DNA of 64,000 nucleotides from Octopus vulgaris (taxonomy: Eukaryota). The stretch's first letter is position 1. The number at the start of each line of letters is the position of its first letter. Shown piece after piece: positions 27,516 through 41,781 of the stretch. Below the pieces are notes generated by a model. That model saw only the letters and a program-made list of their open reading frames with translations, had not been told where the DNA came from and did not search any database. The stretch lies in assembly GCA_951406725.2 (NCBI GenBank), contig OX597823.1, positions 30,008,001 to 30,072,000 of the forward strand, read 5' to 3'. The translations under genes and the position numbers were made by a program.

Positions 27516-28678
27516 TAATTGTTTGTCGTAGACCTGTTAAGAAGTGGCTTGTATTTTGTAATAAAGAGATTTTCTTTACTTATTCTTTGTCTCGAGGTTG
27601 TATCGTCCCTAAATTGGTAGAGGGGGAAAAATTCTGAAGTTTGGTGTTTTTTTGTTGGCGCAAGTATCTATGTGTTGGCTAAAAGCTATTTTTCTGTTTT
27701 GGGGAATTTTTATCTGGGATCTGTGCAGGGCCATTCGTTTACGCAAACCATTTTGTTTGGCCTATGTACTGCTCTTGACACCCGAGCAGGTTAGTGAGTA
27801 TATTAGGTTCTCTGAAGCACATGTAAAGTTGCTTTTCACTGTAAACCGTTGTCCCTGTTTGAAGGAGAACTCAGAACCCTCGATTAGATAGTCGCATATC
27901 CCGCAATTGGGTCTTCCACATTTTTACTGTCGGCTTCTGTGTTGAAGAGTGAATTCGGGCTTGTGTAAGGAGACTTTTCATGGATCTAGGCTGTCTTTGC
28001 TTTTTATGATCGTGTGTGTTTGGAGGATTGTGTTCATTGTGGTCTTTTTTTAGGAGGGGTATGTTGTGGAGGATGGTGTCGAAGGCTTCGTTATTGAGAG
28101 GGTTGTGTGTGGAGATGTATGGTAAGGCTTTTGGTTGTAAGTTTTCTTTGATTTGGGATGTCTCAGTTCCTTGATGTTAAGTTGAAGGGCACGTTGAATG
28201 CACTTGTCAATAAGTGAAGGTGGATAGTTCCTGGTGATAAGGGTATCTTTTAGTTCTTGTAGTCGTGTGTCTCTGGTGTTTGCGTTAGAGACTATAGTGC
28301 ATATCCTTTTTGCTAGATTGAAGGGGATATTCATCCTGGTGTGTCTGGCATGAATTGAATGGAAGATATTGCTTAGAGTCTGTAGGCTTATAGTATATGT
28401 CTGTTTCTATTATATTATTAGCTTTCTTAATGAGGATATCGAGGAAGGGGAGTTGTTGTGGGCTATATTCCATCGTGAATTGGATGTTTACGTCCAGTCC
28501 GTTTAAAATTTTCTGGAATTCTATGAGTTTTTCTATATTTTTATGCCAAAGGATGAAACAGTCATCTAGATATCTCTTCCAGTTGTTTTCTATGTAGATG
28601 GAGAAAGGGCTGCCATATCTTTCTAGAACCTTACGATACAGACTGATCTCTAGGTATCCTATGACTAGGTTGGCAAAG
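27516..28678 (-). pseudogene. Penelope-like RT/GIY-YIG ORF, minus-strand copy (frameshifted)
   Basis: Begins FANLVIGYLE (spacer included), contains RYLDD, and ends FRIFPLYQFRDDTTSRQRISKENLFITKYKPLLNRSTTNN*. Several small indels. Confidence 0.85.
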
Positions 28679-29769
28679 GATACCTAGAGATCAGTCTGTA
28701 TCGTAAGGTTCTAGAAAGATATGGCAGCCCTTTCTCCATCTACATAGAAAACAACTGGAAGAGATATCTAGATGACTGTTTCATCCTTTGGCATAAAAAT
28801 ATAGAAAAACTCATAGAATTCCAGAAAATTTTAAACGGACTGGACGTAAACATCCAATTCACGATGGAATATAGCCCACAACAACTCCCCTTCCTCGATA
28901 TCCTCATTAAGAAAGCTAATAATATAATAGAAACAGACATATACTATAAGCCTACAGACTCTAAGCAATATCTTCCATTCAATTCATGCCACCCCAGACA
29001 CACCAGGATGAATATCCCCTTCAATCTAGCAAAAAGGATATGCACTATAGTCTCTAACGCAAACACCAGAGACACACGACTACAAGAACTAAAAGATACC
29101 CTTATCACCAGGAACTATCCACCTTCACTTATTGACAAGTGCATTCAACGTGCCCTTCAACTTAACATCAAGGAACTGAGACATCCCAAATCAAAGAAAA
29201 ACTTACAACCAAAAGCCTTACCATACATCTCCACACACAACCCTCTCAATAACGAAGCCTTCGACACCATCCTCCACAACATACCCCTCCTAAAAAAAGA
29301 CCACAGAATGAACACAATCCTCCAAACACACACGATCATAAAAAGCAAAAGACAGCCTAGATCCATGAAAAGTCTCCTTACACAAGCCCGAATTCACTCT
29401 TCAACACAGAAGCCGACAGTAAAAAAATGTGGAAGACCCAATTGCGGGATATGCGACTATCTAATCGAGGGTTCTGAGTTCTCCTTCAAACAGGGACAAC
29501 GGTTTACAGTGAAAAGCAACTTTACATGTGCTTCAGAGAACCTAATATACTCACTAACCTGCTCCGGGTGTCAAGAGCAGTACATAGGCCAAACAAAAAA
29601 TGGTTTGCGTAAACGAATGGCCCTGCACAGATCCCAGATAAAAATTCCCCAAAACAGAAAAATAGCTTTTAGCCAACACATAGATACTTGCGCCAACAAA
29701 AAAACACCAAACTTCAGAATTTTCCCCTCTACCAATTTAGGGACGATACAACCTCGAGACAAAGAATAA
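28678..29769 (+). pseudogene. Penelope-like reverse transcriptase C-terminal half plus GIY-YIG endonuclease (5'-truncated)
   Basis: Open frame GYLE...WKRYLDDCFILW...LPFLDILI...TDIYYKPTDSKQYL.FNSCHP...CGRPNCGIC...FTCASENLIYSLTCSGCQEQYIGQT. A 1-bp homopolymer deletion near 29725 alters the C-terminus. Confidence 0.92.
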
Positions 29770-30571
29770 GTAAAGAAAATCTCTTTATTACAAAATACAA
29801 GCCACTTCTTAACGGGTCTACGACAAACAATTAATATACCTCAACTTTAGAATAAAAGAAAAAAATATATATACACACACAAATACTACACTCCATAGAA
29901 TCCATTACTAATCAGCCCCTTCATAGCTATATTTACACCCATTCATATTCTCCCTTCTCTGTTTTTTTCTTCTTCTTCTTCTTCATCATCATCGTTATCA
30001 TCATCATCGGCGTCATCATCATCACCACCATCATCACCACCATCTTCTCTTCTCCTCCTTCTTCTTCTTCTTCTTCTTCTTCTTCTTCTTCTTCTTCTTC
30101 TTCTTCTTCTTCTTCTTCATCATCATCGTTATCATCATCATCGTCGTCATAATCATCACCACCATCACCATCATCTTCTCCTTCTCCTTCTTCTTCTTCT
30201 TCTTCTCCTTCTTCTTCTTCTTCTTCTTCTTCTTCTTCTCCACCCCCTACCCCTTAAGTTTGTCACTAATGTTTTTTAGTATAACACCTACGCTAATTCT
30301 ATAAACAATCCTGAATTGAACTGAGACTGCCAGCCGCCACTGACCATTCAAAATACGACCATCAGGGCACTCCCAGATTCTCCCACCCCCTTTCCTCACC
30401 AGCCTTCCCTCTACTACCCTACCAAGAACTCACAACTACCTCGAACACACAAGTGCAAACAAGGGAGTCAGAGAAAGGCAGAATGCCACTTAAATCTGAA
30501 CACTACTATAGAAATATTCTTTTAAAAAAACTTTTCTTCTAATTTTTCTAAATTTAATTATTTAATCGTTA

Positions 30572-30609
30572 CAGTTGAAAAGGTCTCAAAATGACCGAAA
30601 CCGGTACTG
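30572..30609 (+). ncRNA. Minimal type I hammerhead (U3-A8 variant) in the 3' end of the Penelope-like element
   Basis: cag-TTGAAAA-ggtc-tcaaaat-gacc-GAAA-ccgg-TA-ctg; palindromic stem III accggt. Confidence 0.8.
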
Positions 30610-30696
30610 AAATGTTCACTATAAAATTATTTTAGCATTTTCTATTTTTTACTTGTTTTTTCATATATATCAACTCGTGTGTTCCTTTTCACCCTT

Positions 30697-30781
<85 letters not shown>

Positions 30782-30929
30782 CATACATACATACATACAT
30801 ACATACATACATACATACATACATACATACATACATACATACATACATACATGTATATATACAAACATATACAGGAATCTTTCGTTTTACGGAAGTTACG
30901 CGTTCCTGAAAATTTGGCCGTAACACGGA

Positions 30930-32350
30930 AACTCTAAGTGAAGATTTAGCCTTCCTATCAACTGTTTTCATAAGTTGTTTGAAAGGTCTCTTATAATATA
31001 TCTTGAAGTCAACTAACACACCTTGAACCATTGGCTGGAGCAAAGAAGTTATATTCTTGGGGATTTATTCCAATCTCACATTATCAAAAAAGGTCCTCTA
31101 AGTTCGCTGGGAGACTCGGTACATTGTCTAAAGGAAGCAATACTTTATTGGAAATATTATGTCTGGCACTGTATCTTTCTACAGCAAAAATCTTTTTAAA
31201 AGACAAAAATTTTTTTAAAAGTATGTAAATCATCCTTTGAAAAGACCCTTAGTCATCCATGCCATCTTATTTGAACGCCATATCAGAAGTAGGTTGAACT
31301 TTGTGTAACCCTTGCAAGCCCTTATATTTTCGGAGTGAATACATGTGTAGGAGCTTTAATTTCATATCACCAGTGGCATTTCCTTCCAAATGAAGCGCCA
31401 GGTCATTTTTGGAAGCTTAAAGTCCTGGTGTTGATTTTTCTTCTCGGGAAATAAAAGTTTTAGTAGGTGTGCAGTCATGGTATACTTGCTCTGGTGCGTA
31501 GCCCCTTCAGCATTCATTTTTTTTAACTGACCAGGATAATTAATAGAAGCGTCTGAATTAGCCCCCGCAGTTTCACTGGTCATTTGTATGTTATGCAAAT
31601 TCATGCGCTACTTAAACCTTTCAAACCAGCCTTTACTAGAGAAAGAAGAGTTTTTCATTAGAAATTTCATCTTTCTTATTTTGCAAATCGTCATAGAGAC
31701 TTTTGGCTCTCTTTTGAATTACCACCATGTTTATCTGCACATTGTGGAGGCACATGGCCTAGTGGTTAGAGCAGCGGGTTCCAGTTTCAGGCTGGGTGAT
31801 GTGTGTGTTTATGAGCAAAACACCTAAGCTCCACGAGGCTCCGACAGAAGGTAATGGCGAACTTCTGCTGACTCTTTCGCCACAACTTTCTCTCACTCTT
31901 TCCTCCTGCATCTGGCAGCTTACCTGCGACGGACCGGCGTCCCGTCCAGGTGGGGAACCTATACGCCAAGGAAACCGGGAAACCGGCCCTTATGAACCAG
32001 GCGTGGCTCGAGAAGGAACAAGCTTATCAGCACATTACTCCGATCCTAACCCTATATTCCGTACACTCAGAAGTCATTCCGTTTAAGCTTTACGCTAGAA
32101 CTAGGATAAAATTAAGATCTGGACTGTTAACGAAGCAGCTCCTTGAGTGCTTGATAGAGTTTTCTATCTGTTGTTACCTATTGTTCCTGCTGTAGACGTT
32201 GCAAGATTAAATGTTTTGGCTAATTAAGTTTTAGTTCCGCATCAAGACATTTTAAAACATCAAGTTTAATATCCAGAGTAATCCCTTCACGGTCTCTTTC
32301 CGCACCACTGCCTCTGGTTTTACTTGATAGTTTCTTTCCAGACATCTTTA
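30930..32350 (-). pseudogene. Degenerate Tigger/pogo transposase, interrupted by a SINE
   Basis: MSGKK...REGITLDIKLDVLK (N-terminal HTH), LHNIQMTSETAGANSDASINYP and QPMVQGVLVDFKIYYKR (DDE_1 QPxDQG-like motif). Confidence 0.75.
31744..32020 (+). mobile_element. SINE with family A head and alternative 3' module
   Basis: Head and aaaacacctaagctccacgagg match family A; the tail ctgcgacggaccggcgtcccgtccagg...gaaaccggg differs. Confidence 0.75.
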
Positions 32351-33657
32351 ATTGAAGGCAAATCCAACAGCAGCGGCGATTAATTATCAACAGCAAATAT
32401 ATGTAGTAAAAAAACACAACAAACAAACAAACAAAAAATGGCCCAGTAAAGATTTGCTTTGTCGGAGCAGAAAATTCTTATTTCTATGGATGTAATAATG
32501 AAAATGAGATGAAAAGGTGAAGGTGTGAGGAAGAGAAAATACTGCATGGTAACAGTTAGCTGAAGGCTCAGCGAATTTTGTTGGCAATTTGCCCCTTGCA
32601 CTTCTGACTAAACAAACACACACACACGCGCGCACACAAGCGCGCGCGCACTCATACACGATCACTCACACACAGACTCCTACTCACACAGACAAACACT
32701 CATGCACACACATACACGCATATATACATACATACATATATACATACAAGCACACGCATTCGCGCACGGAGTCGTACACACACACAGACGCATGCACATA
32801 CATACATAAACACACAAAGACATACACACAAACACACACACGCACTTATACATAATCATTCATACACAAACACTCGCACACAGAATCGTACACACACACA
32901 TGCACACACACGCGCACACATACATAAATACACATAACACACGCACGCACTCATACACAGTCACTCACACACACGCGCGCACACATAACACACGCACACA
33001 CACACACACGCACAATACACAAACACACACAACATACGCACCCATACACACACACTCGCACACAGAATCGTACACACACACACACAAACACTCATACAAC
33101 ACACGCACGCGCTCATACACAATCATTTATACACACACACACATATACAAATACACAGCACACGCACGCATTCATACACAATCACTCATACACACACACT
33201 TGCACACAGAATCGTACACACACACATACACAAGCACACACACACAGACACACACAACACACTAGCGCACTCATACACAATCAATCATATACACACACTC
33301 GCACACAGAATTGTACACACACACACATACACGCGCACACAAGCACACGCCCCCAAATGTGTAGACGTAGACGCTGATGTCTCTTGTAGCCAATTGGAAT
33401 CAAAAGTTCGTGGCATAGTGGTGTTGGCGTTATGAGTTGCATAGGCATCAATGTCAGTGCCGGTAGGTGGCGTGTATTGTTGGTGTCATAGTACCTTTAT
33501 TGTTCTTACTAAATGTATTGTTTTAGGGTGTTTAGTCTGAAATCAATCCTCATAGACCCAAGATCAAAGTCATTTCATTCAATTTTTAAAATACTCAGAG
33601 ATAACACATTATATGTTCGTATTTGAAATACAATATATAACTATTGCGTACACAGAT

Positions 33658-33740
<83 letters not shown>

Positions 33741-33773
33741 GTTAATCCAAACAAGAAAACACAAAAATGTAGG

Positions 33774-34320
<547 letters not shown>

Positions 34321-34601
34321 ACATATTTACATATATGTATGCGTATGAATTTTTGTGTGTATGCGTATATATTTATGTTTGTGAGTTCCTTTATTTTAGC
34401 TCTATCCACTTGACAACGGCGACAATAGTGAGTGTTAAAAGCAATGATATGAATATGATAATATCAACCCATACGTAAACGAAAGCCTAAGCAGTTTCTC
34501 TCAATCCGGCGCCAGAGGGATTTTGTTACGTTAGCAACCTGATACGAAACACTTCGTTCAATAAGATCTCTCTGTTGTTTTCTGTTTTATTTTTATTTTT
34601 G

Positions 34602-34915
34602 AAGGCGCGTGGATTAGTGGTTAGGGTTTCGGCACTCGATTGTAAGGTTGTGAATTCCATTTCCGGCGGCGCGTTGTATCCTTGAGCAAGACATTTTATT
34701 ACATGTCGCTCCAGTTCACTCAGCTGGTAAAAATGAGTCGTACCTGTATTTCAAAAGGACAGCCTTTCCACACTTTGTGTCATGCTGCATCTTGCTGAGA
34801 AATACGTTATGGGTACACTTGTCTGTGGAGTGTTCAGTCCCGTTAATTTCACGAGCAGGCTGTTCTATTGATCGGATCAACTGGAACACGCGTCGTCGTA
34901 ACCGACAAAGAGCCA
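34602..34915 (+). mobile_element. Diverged SINE with family A-type tail
   Basis: tRNA-like head; tail gttaatttcacgagcaggctgttc...gtcgtcgtaaccgac. Confidence 0.75.
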
Positions 34916-35128
34916 GTAACCCGAAGTAAAAAGCATGTCATGACCATCCCATATCGTTTCTGGTATATTTTGTCTCGAACTATATGCTACTCCTTCTATT
35001 TCTCTCTCTCTCCTCTCTGTTATTGAACATAGCAGCTTCGTTCACAAACATACATGCTTGCTAATACACACACGCACATGCCAACTCTCCACACACACAT
35101 ATGCACATATTAGCTTCGCATACACACT

Positions 35129-35192
<64 letters not shown>

Positions 35193-35329
35193 CGCACACG
35201 CGTGCCTGCTCACACACACATATGCCAGACTACTGTTGTTCTCGTTGCCACTCGCACCTCAAGTCAACTCCTTCCTTTTCCGGTCATTTCAGCATGCGAT
35301 GATTGTCTTATTCAAACAAGCTTCCTTTC

Positions 35330-35429
<100 letters not shown>

Positions 35430-35567
35430 TTTTTCTATCCTCATTTCTTCTTTCTATAGAGGAGCGTAGAATCGAAACGGAAAACACTTTCGCAGAGTTT
35501 CCTGGGCGTCAATTGAATACATTCTTCCTTTATCTCGTCTTCGTGATTTCTTTTATTTTTTTTAACC

Positions 35568-35670
<103 letters not shown>

Positions 35671-35730
35671 CATCCATCCATCCATCCATCCATCCATCTA
35701 TTTATCTATCTCTCTATCACTCTATCTATC

Positions 35731-36011
35731 TGACCGAGGTTACCGTGGTCTTTTCTGTAGGCTTTTCTTTCCACGGGTAAACCTCACCTGTGCTCTCTTT
35801 TACACTTTATATTGACATTTCTGTGATAACGATCCCTATAGATCGATTTTTTCTTTTCCTTTTTTTTTACCCCCCTCCCTTTTTTGTCCCCTTTCTTTCC
35901 TTTTACGATCCCTTTTGATCGAAAACCAAACCCCCTTTTTTATCCCCAAAAGAAAAGCTCTACCTTGTAATTTGTCCTGTCTGTGTGCAGCCCTGTATGG
36001 CTAATAAAGAA

Positions 36012-36012
<1 letters not shown>
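35731..36012 (+). mobile_element. 3' UTR fragment of a Tx1/L1-like LINE within (TATC)n
   Basis: Matches 43608-43875; ends aataaagaaa; (TATC)n on both sides. Confidence 0.85.
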
Positions 36013-36056
<44 letters not shown>

Positions 36057-36235
36057 ACTGAGATTATTTAGCTTAACCTTAAAGGCGCCAGCTGTAACAT
36101 TGACCATTCACTGGACTCTTACTGTAAACCCTACATGAAAATTCTACCTTTGCGCGGACATTGGGAACGGTCATTATTATGTTTTATGCACTTTTTATCA
36201 TCATCATCATCAATAGCAGCAGCAGTAGCAGCAAC

Positions 36236-36279
<44 letters not shown>

Positions 36280-36313
36280 CAGCAGCAGCAGCAGCAGTAG
36301 CAGTAGTAGTAGC

Positions 36314-36376
<63 letters not shown>

Positions 36377-36399
36377 TACACAGCTGAATCTATATTTTT

Positions 36400-37010
36400 T
36401 CTACTCTAGGCACAATGCCCGAAATTTTGGGGGAGGGAGCTAGTCGATTAGATCGACCCCAGAAGGAAACTAGTTCTTAATTTATCGACCCCTAAAGGAT
36501 GAAAAGTAAAGTCGACTTCGGTGGAATTTGAACTCAGAACGTAAAGACAGACGAAATACCGCTAAGCATTTCGCCCGGCGTGCTAACGTTTCTTACTTCT
36601 TTATTACCCACAAGGGGCTACACACAGAAAGGAGAAACAAGGACAGGTAAAGGAATTAAGTCAATTATATCGGCCCCAATGCGTAACTGGTACTTATTTA
36701 ATCGACCCTGAAGGATGAAAGGCAAAGTCGACCTCGCCGGAATTTGAACTCAGAACGTAAAGACAGACGAAATACCTATTTCTTTACTACCCACAAGAGG
36801 CTAAACACAGAGAGGACAAACAAGGACAGACAAACGGATTAAGTCGATTATATCGACCCCAGTGCGTAACTGGTACTTATTTAATCGACCCCGAAAGGAT
36901 AAAAGGCAAAGTCGACCTCGTCGGAATTTGAACTCAGAACGTAGCAGCAGAGGAAATACTGCTAAGCATTTCGCCCGGCGTGCTAACGTTTCTGCCAGCT
37001 CGCCGCCTCA
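36400..37010 (-). mobile_element. SINE-like family C, internal tandem triplication
   Basis: gtcgac.tcg..ggaatttgaactcagaacgta at ~36511, 36728 and 36911. Confidence 0.85.
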
Positions 37011-37182
37011 TAGCTGAACCTATATTGCATTTATCCTTACGTAGTAACATGTTACAACCTTGCATACACACATACATTCATCCATATATACGCGCGCGCG
37101 AATGTTTGGTTTTTCCTTTCCATCTAATCGTACCTGCGATCGCCCATCCACCAGCTAAATTGTTTTCAATTTGCTATCAATC

Positions 37183-37217
<35 letters not shown>

Positions 37218-37346
37218 CACTCACACACACTCACACACACACTCACACACGCACACACATACACCACACCACACACATACACACACACACATCTGACCGA
37301 GTTAGGGATATATTCTTCCTCGCTCAGCAACATGGCACGCATTTAC

Positions 37347-37392
37347 CTTCATAGATGACAGGAACGTGCTGGAAACTCGACGATAATTTCAA
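37347..37392 (-). other. Candidate 46-nt exon
   Basis: Minus strand: long T tract, then catttttgacag|ttgaaa...tatgaag|gtaaat. Open as LKLSSSFQHVPVIYE. Confidence 0.35.
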
Positions 37393-38143
37393 CTGTCAAA
37401 AATGAAAAAAAAAAAAAAAAAGGAAATAAAAATATAAAAAATAAAACAAAAAGTAATAAGTATAATAAAAAAAAATAAGACAAGCAGCGTAGTTTTCTGT
37501 ATATAAGTGCAGAAAACAACAACAATAAAGATTCAACAATGGAGCATGTAGCCACATGTGAAGCCAAACCAAGGAAATACATTGTAATGGAGACAAACTT
37601 GAATAATCTAAGCAGTTACTTACAACAAAGAAACTCTCAAGATTAATTTGAGTGAAGAATATAACTGACAAACATGTGACAGGTGTACTGGAGATATTTA
37701 AGTAGAGTACTTGCTTGGATCACAAGAATGGGGTGGTTTTTAAAGAAGTTGGTCAAAGGTTTTAGTACTTGGTGACCAATGCTCTGAGTACAAGCTGGTT
37801 GGTTCGTATCGTTTCAGTTGAAGTGTTTAAAGAGTGCAAAGTGTGAAGGAATAAATGGGTTTAAATTGTTGATGGTTTAAAGTTTGAAAGGATTGTGTAG
37901 GAAGGGAAGTAGGCGGAGACGAAGCTTAAGTATATAATATATACATAAGTATACACGTACACATACATATGTAGAGAGAAAGAGAGAGAGAGAGAGAGGA
38001 AAGAGAGATTGATATCAATACAAACATGCATATGTATGTACATACACACACACACACACCCATACACACACATGCACACACTCACACATACATACGTTGA
38101 GAGAGAAAGAGAAATAAATAGAAAGAAAGAAAGATAGATAGAT

Positions 38144-38201
<58 letters not shown>

Positions 38202-38444
38202 GTGGATAGATAGATTGATAGATAGATATAGAGAGAGGGAAGAGAGAAGAGAGAGAGAGGGAGAGAGATTGATATCCATGCGAAAATGCGTACTTACACA
38301 CACGCATACACACACATGCACACACACATATGTAGAGAGAGAGAGAGAGATAGACAGATAAATATAGAGGGGGAGAGAGAAAGGAGAGAGATATTGATAG
38401 CCATACAAACATGCGTATATATGTACATACATGCACATGTATAC

Positions 38445-38501
<57 letters not shown>

Positions 38502-38689
38502 AACACATATTCCGATGTAGAGACCAATATTTCCTTTAAGACGGGTGTATATTTGCAACACACTCGATTCATTGGCGTACGAGAACGTCGTGATTCTTGT
38601 TGTTTCAACATCATTGTTTCATCAGCGGAAGACACCCTGGACCTGGATTAATGAATGCAACAAGAGTTCGTGGTTCTTATCTCTTAGCT

Positions 38690-39030
38690 TTTACCTTTTT
38701 CAGTCGTTTTGACTGCAGCCATGCTGAGGCACCGCATTGAAGAATTTTATTTTTATTTTTAAAGCCTACCTGTATTCTATCAGTCTCCTTTGCCAAACCG
38801 CTAATTTATGGGGATGTAAATACACCAACACCGGTTGTCAAGTGGTGGTGGTGGAGGACCAAGATACAGACAGAATCATACACGCACATACATATACGAC
38901 AGGCTTCTTTCAGCTTTCGTCTACCAAATCCACTCACAAAGCTCTGGTCCGGCCGAGAGTACAGTAGAAGACACTTGTCCAAGATAACATACAGTGGAAT
39001 TGAACCGGGAATCAAGTGGTTGAGAAGAAA
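38690..39030 (-). mobile_element. Diverged SINE family B
   Basis: Similarity to other copies. Confidence 0.75.
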
Positions 39031-39537
39031 TTTTTCAGCAAACAAATCTTTGCTGATGTATACTGATAACTGCCAACCGATTATAAATCGTCACATGCAC
39101 AGTGCAGAGCAAGAATCAAAAGGATGTACATACATACATACATACATACATACATACATACATACATACATACATACATACATACATACATACATACATA
39201 CATACATACGTATAAACAGACAGATAGGCAGACATCTATATTATAATGGTGAAAGTTGCTTCTTAATTAGGTATGTAACAGTTGCAAAATGAAAGCAATT
39301 ATCAAAGGCTTGACCAGGTGAAAATTTTTCTGTAACTTCATGTTCGAAGAAATTTCCTGTAATATCGATTTCTGAAGGTTATTGCATATTTGAACTACAA
39401 GTTTTTCACAAATTTAAATATTCGTTGCATCCACTGCGGAGTAGATTTTTAATGTTTAATATTAATTTTTCGTTTTCTTTTGCGACAGTCTCTCACTTTC
39501 TCTCACCTCATTAATTTATATTAAATTATCATTAATG

Positions 39538-39622
<85 letters not shown>

Positions 39623-39879
39623 ATATATATATATATATTGTTGTGACCCCTTTCGTTTATGAATGACCAAGGTATCGCACCTAGAAAGATACCATCCGTG
39701 GCACAAGTCTGGGCAAGGTTATTTATGGAAGACCAGCAGTCGGCCATCATACCACCCTCCCCTCTCCACGCCACCGATGCTATCCAAGTGACGAAAAATA
39801 ACGACGCGGGACTCTGTCTAGGCCCCGCGATCGGAATGAGTCGCAGCTCATTTATTAATTTTGCAAGAGGCTGACCACT

Positions 39880-40168
39880 CAATAGACATGTGTACCCTTA
39901 ACGTAGTTCTCGAGGAGATTCAGCGCAACACATAGTGTGACTAGGCTGGTCCCTTTGAAAATACAGGTACAAAAGAAACAGGAAGAAAGAGTGAGAGAAA
40001 GTTGCGGCGAAAAAGTACAGCAAGGTTCGCCACCACCCCGTGCCGGAGACTCGTGGAGCTTTAGGTGTTTTCGCTCAATAAACACTCACAATGCCCGGTC
40101 TAGAAATCGAAACCGCGATCCTACGATCACGAGTCCGCTGCCATAACAGCTGGGCCATTGCGCCTCCA
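39880..40168 (-). mobile_element. SINE family A (partial tail)
   Basis: Reverse copy of head and body. Confidence 0.85.
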
Positions 40169-40215
40169 CACAGACACATACACACACAAACACACACGCA
40201 CACGCACACAGATAT

Positions 40216-40590
40216 ATATTAGGTATGGTAGATGAGTTCAGCAAAAATTTAAATTCAGTTGAATATGTTACTTAAGTACGGTATTATCCATACAATTTCA
40301 AAATAAGGTAATTAAAATCAAAATAAGCAACAAGGATATCCAGAGGTAGTGCAGTATGATCGTTTCATCAACTACATTTAATTGAACAATGCAATCATTA
40401 CATCAATTTAAAATGTAGAGCAATCTTCAGCTGCACAAAGACATAGAATTTAATTAAATTAGAACAGATGTATTTGTGCAACTGAAGATTGCTCTACATT
40501 TTAAATTGATGTAATGATTGCATTGTTCAATTAAATGGAGTTACATGAAACGATCGTACTGCATTACCTCTGGATATCCTTGTTGCTTAT
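40216..40590. mobile_element. Fold-back element with a hammerhead in each arm
   Basis: Arms 40323-40444 and 40468-40590. Plus strand gtgcaa-CTGAAGA-[long stem II]-GAAAC-gatc-GTA-ctgca (40476-40563); minus copy at 40349-40436; one-sided tail 40216-40322. Confidence 0.75.
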
Positions 40591-40690
40591 ATCCATACAT
40601 ACATATATATATATATATTATATATATATATATGTATGTATGTATATAGATATATCTGTAAATATAATATGTGACAATTGTTCGGTCACC

Positions 40691-40737
<47 letters not shown>

Positions 40738-40791
40738 TGTATGTATGTATGTATGTATGTATGTATGTATGTATGTATGTATGTATGTATG

Positions 40792-40845
<54 letters not shown>

Positions 40846-41713
40846 ATTCTGTGGAGAAGATAGTGGATGCTGATAGTTACGTTAGGAGTTATTAATTTGC
40901 TGTGGAGGTGAGTGATTGTAGAGGGACAAGGGATGATACAGTGTTCATTTGATGGCAATGATGGATGATGGCTGTATTTGCAGTTGAGTGGGCGGATAAC
41001 CGCCTAGTTTTTATACTGTAGTTATGTTATGTGGCACTGGATGTTGGAAAGTCGGGCAACAGTTGGGCTTATAGGAACCGGGTGGTTGTATGATTGTATA
41101 TTAGCTGTTGGCTTTAATTTACTTAGCATATGGCTAGACCATGATTAAGTGTATCAGTAAACATATAGATGAAAGGTAATATAAGAAAGAAATATAGATA
41201 TAGGCGCAGGCATGGCTGGGTGTTTAGGAAGCTCGCTTTGTAACCACGTGGGTCTTTTAGAGTAAAAAGAAAGAAATTATAACCTACATGAGAGGCCAAT
41301 ATCCTAAGACCGGATGCTGAGAAAAACGCAGCCAACAGAAACCATTGACGTCAATTTGCTGCCCCAATGGGGTCCACTGCACAGGAGGAAGTAGTGCTGG
41401 TACTTATACACGGGTGATACAGATACGAACCGAAGTCACGTCGGTTAGTTACACAACACCTTATCATAACGACCATCTGCGTCCGAATCATATTTAGATG
41501 CTGTTAAATCTTGCCAAGCTCTAAAGTAATAAACTTTAGTGTGGGAATGGATATCTTGACATTAATTCGACACTGAAGAACTAAGTAGGTAAAGAAATTA
41601 GATCAAATTTGACATGACAGATTTCCTAATGCAATATCGGCTTCTAGTTCTAGATTGAGCGAGAAGGTTCTTAATGATGGAACGAAATCAGCAACCTACA
41701 TGTATATGTATGC

Positions 41714-41781
<68 letters not shown>

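Larger units (their letters stand above)
26688..30662. mobile_element. Head-to-head palindrome of a 5'-truncated Penelope-like retroelement (Neptune-like)
   Basis: Arms 26688-28660 and 28677-30662 are near-identical reverse complements with a 16-bp spacer. Each has the RT C-terminal half, GIY-YIG, a 3' region with (TTC)n/(ATC)n, and a hammerhead, and ends at TA repeats. Confidence 0.93.

Noticed and set aside
41570-41610. CTGAAGA...GAAA hammerhead-like string
   Set aside because: Stems I, II and III cannot be formed.
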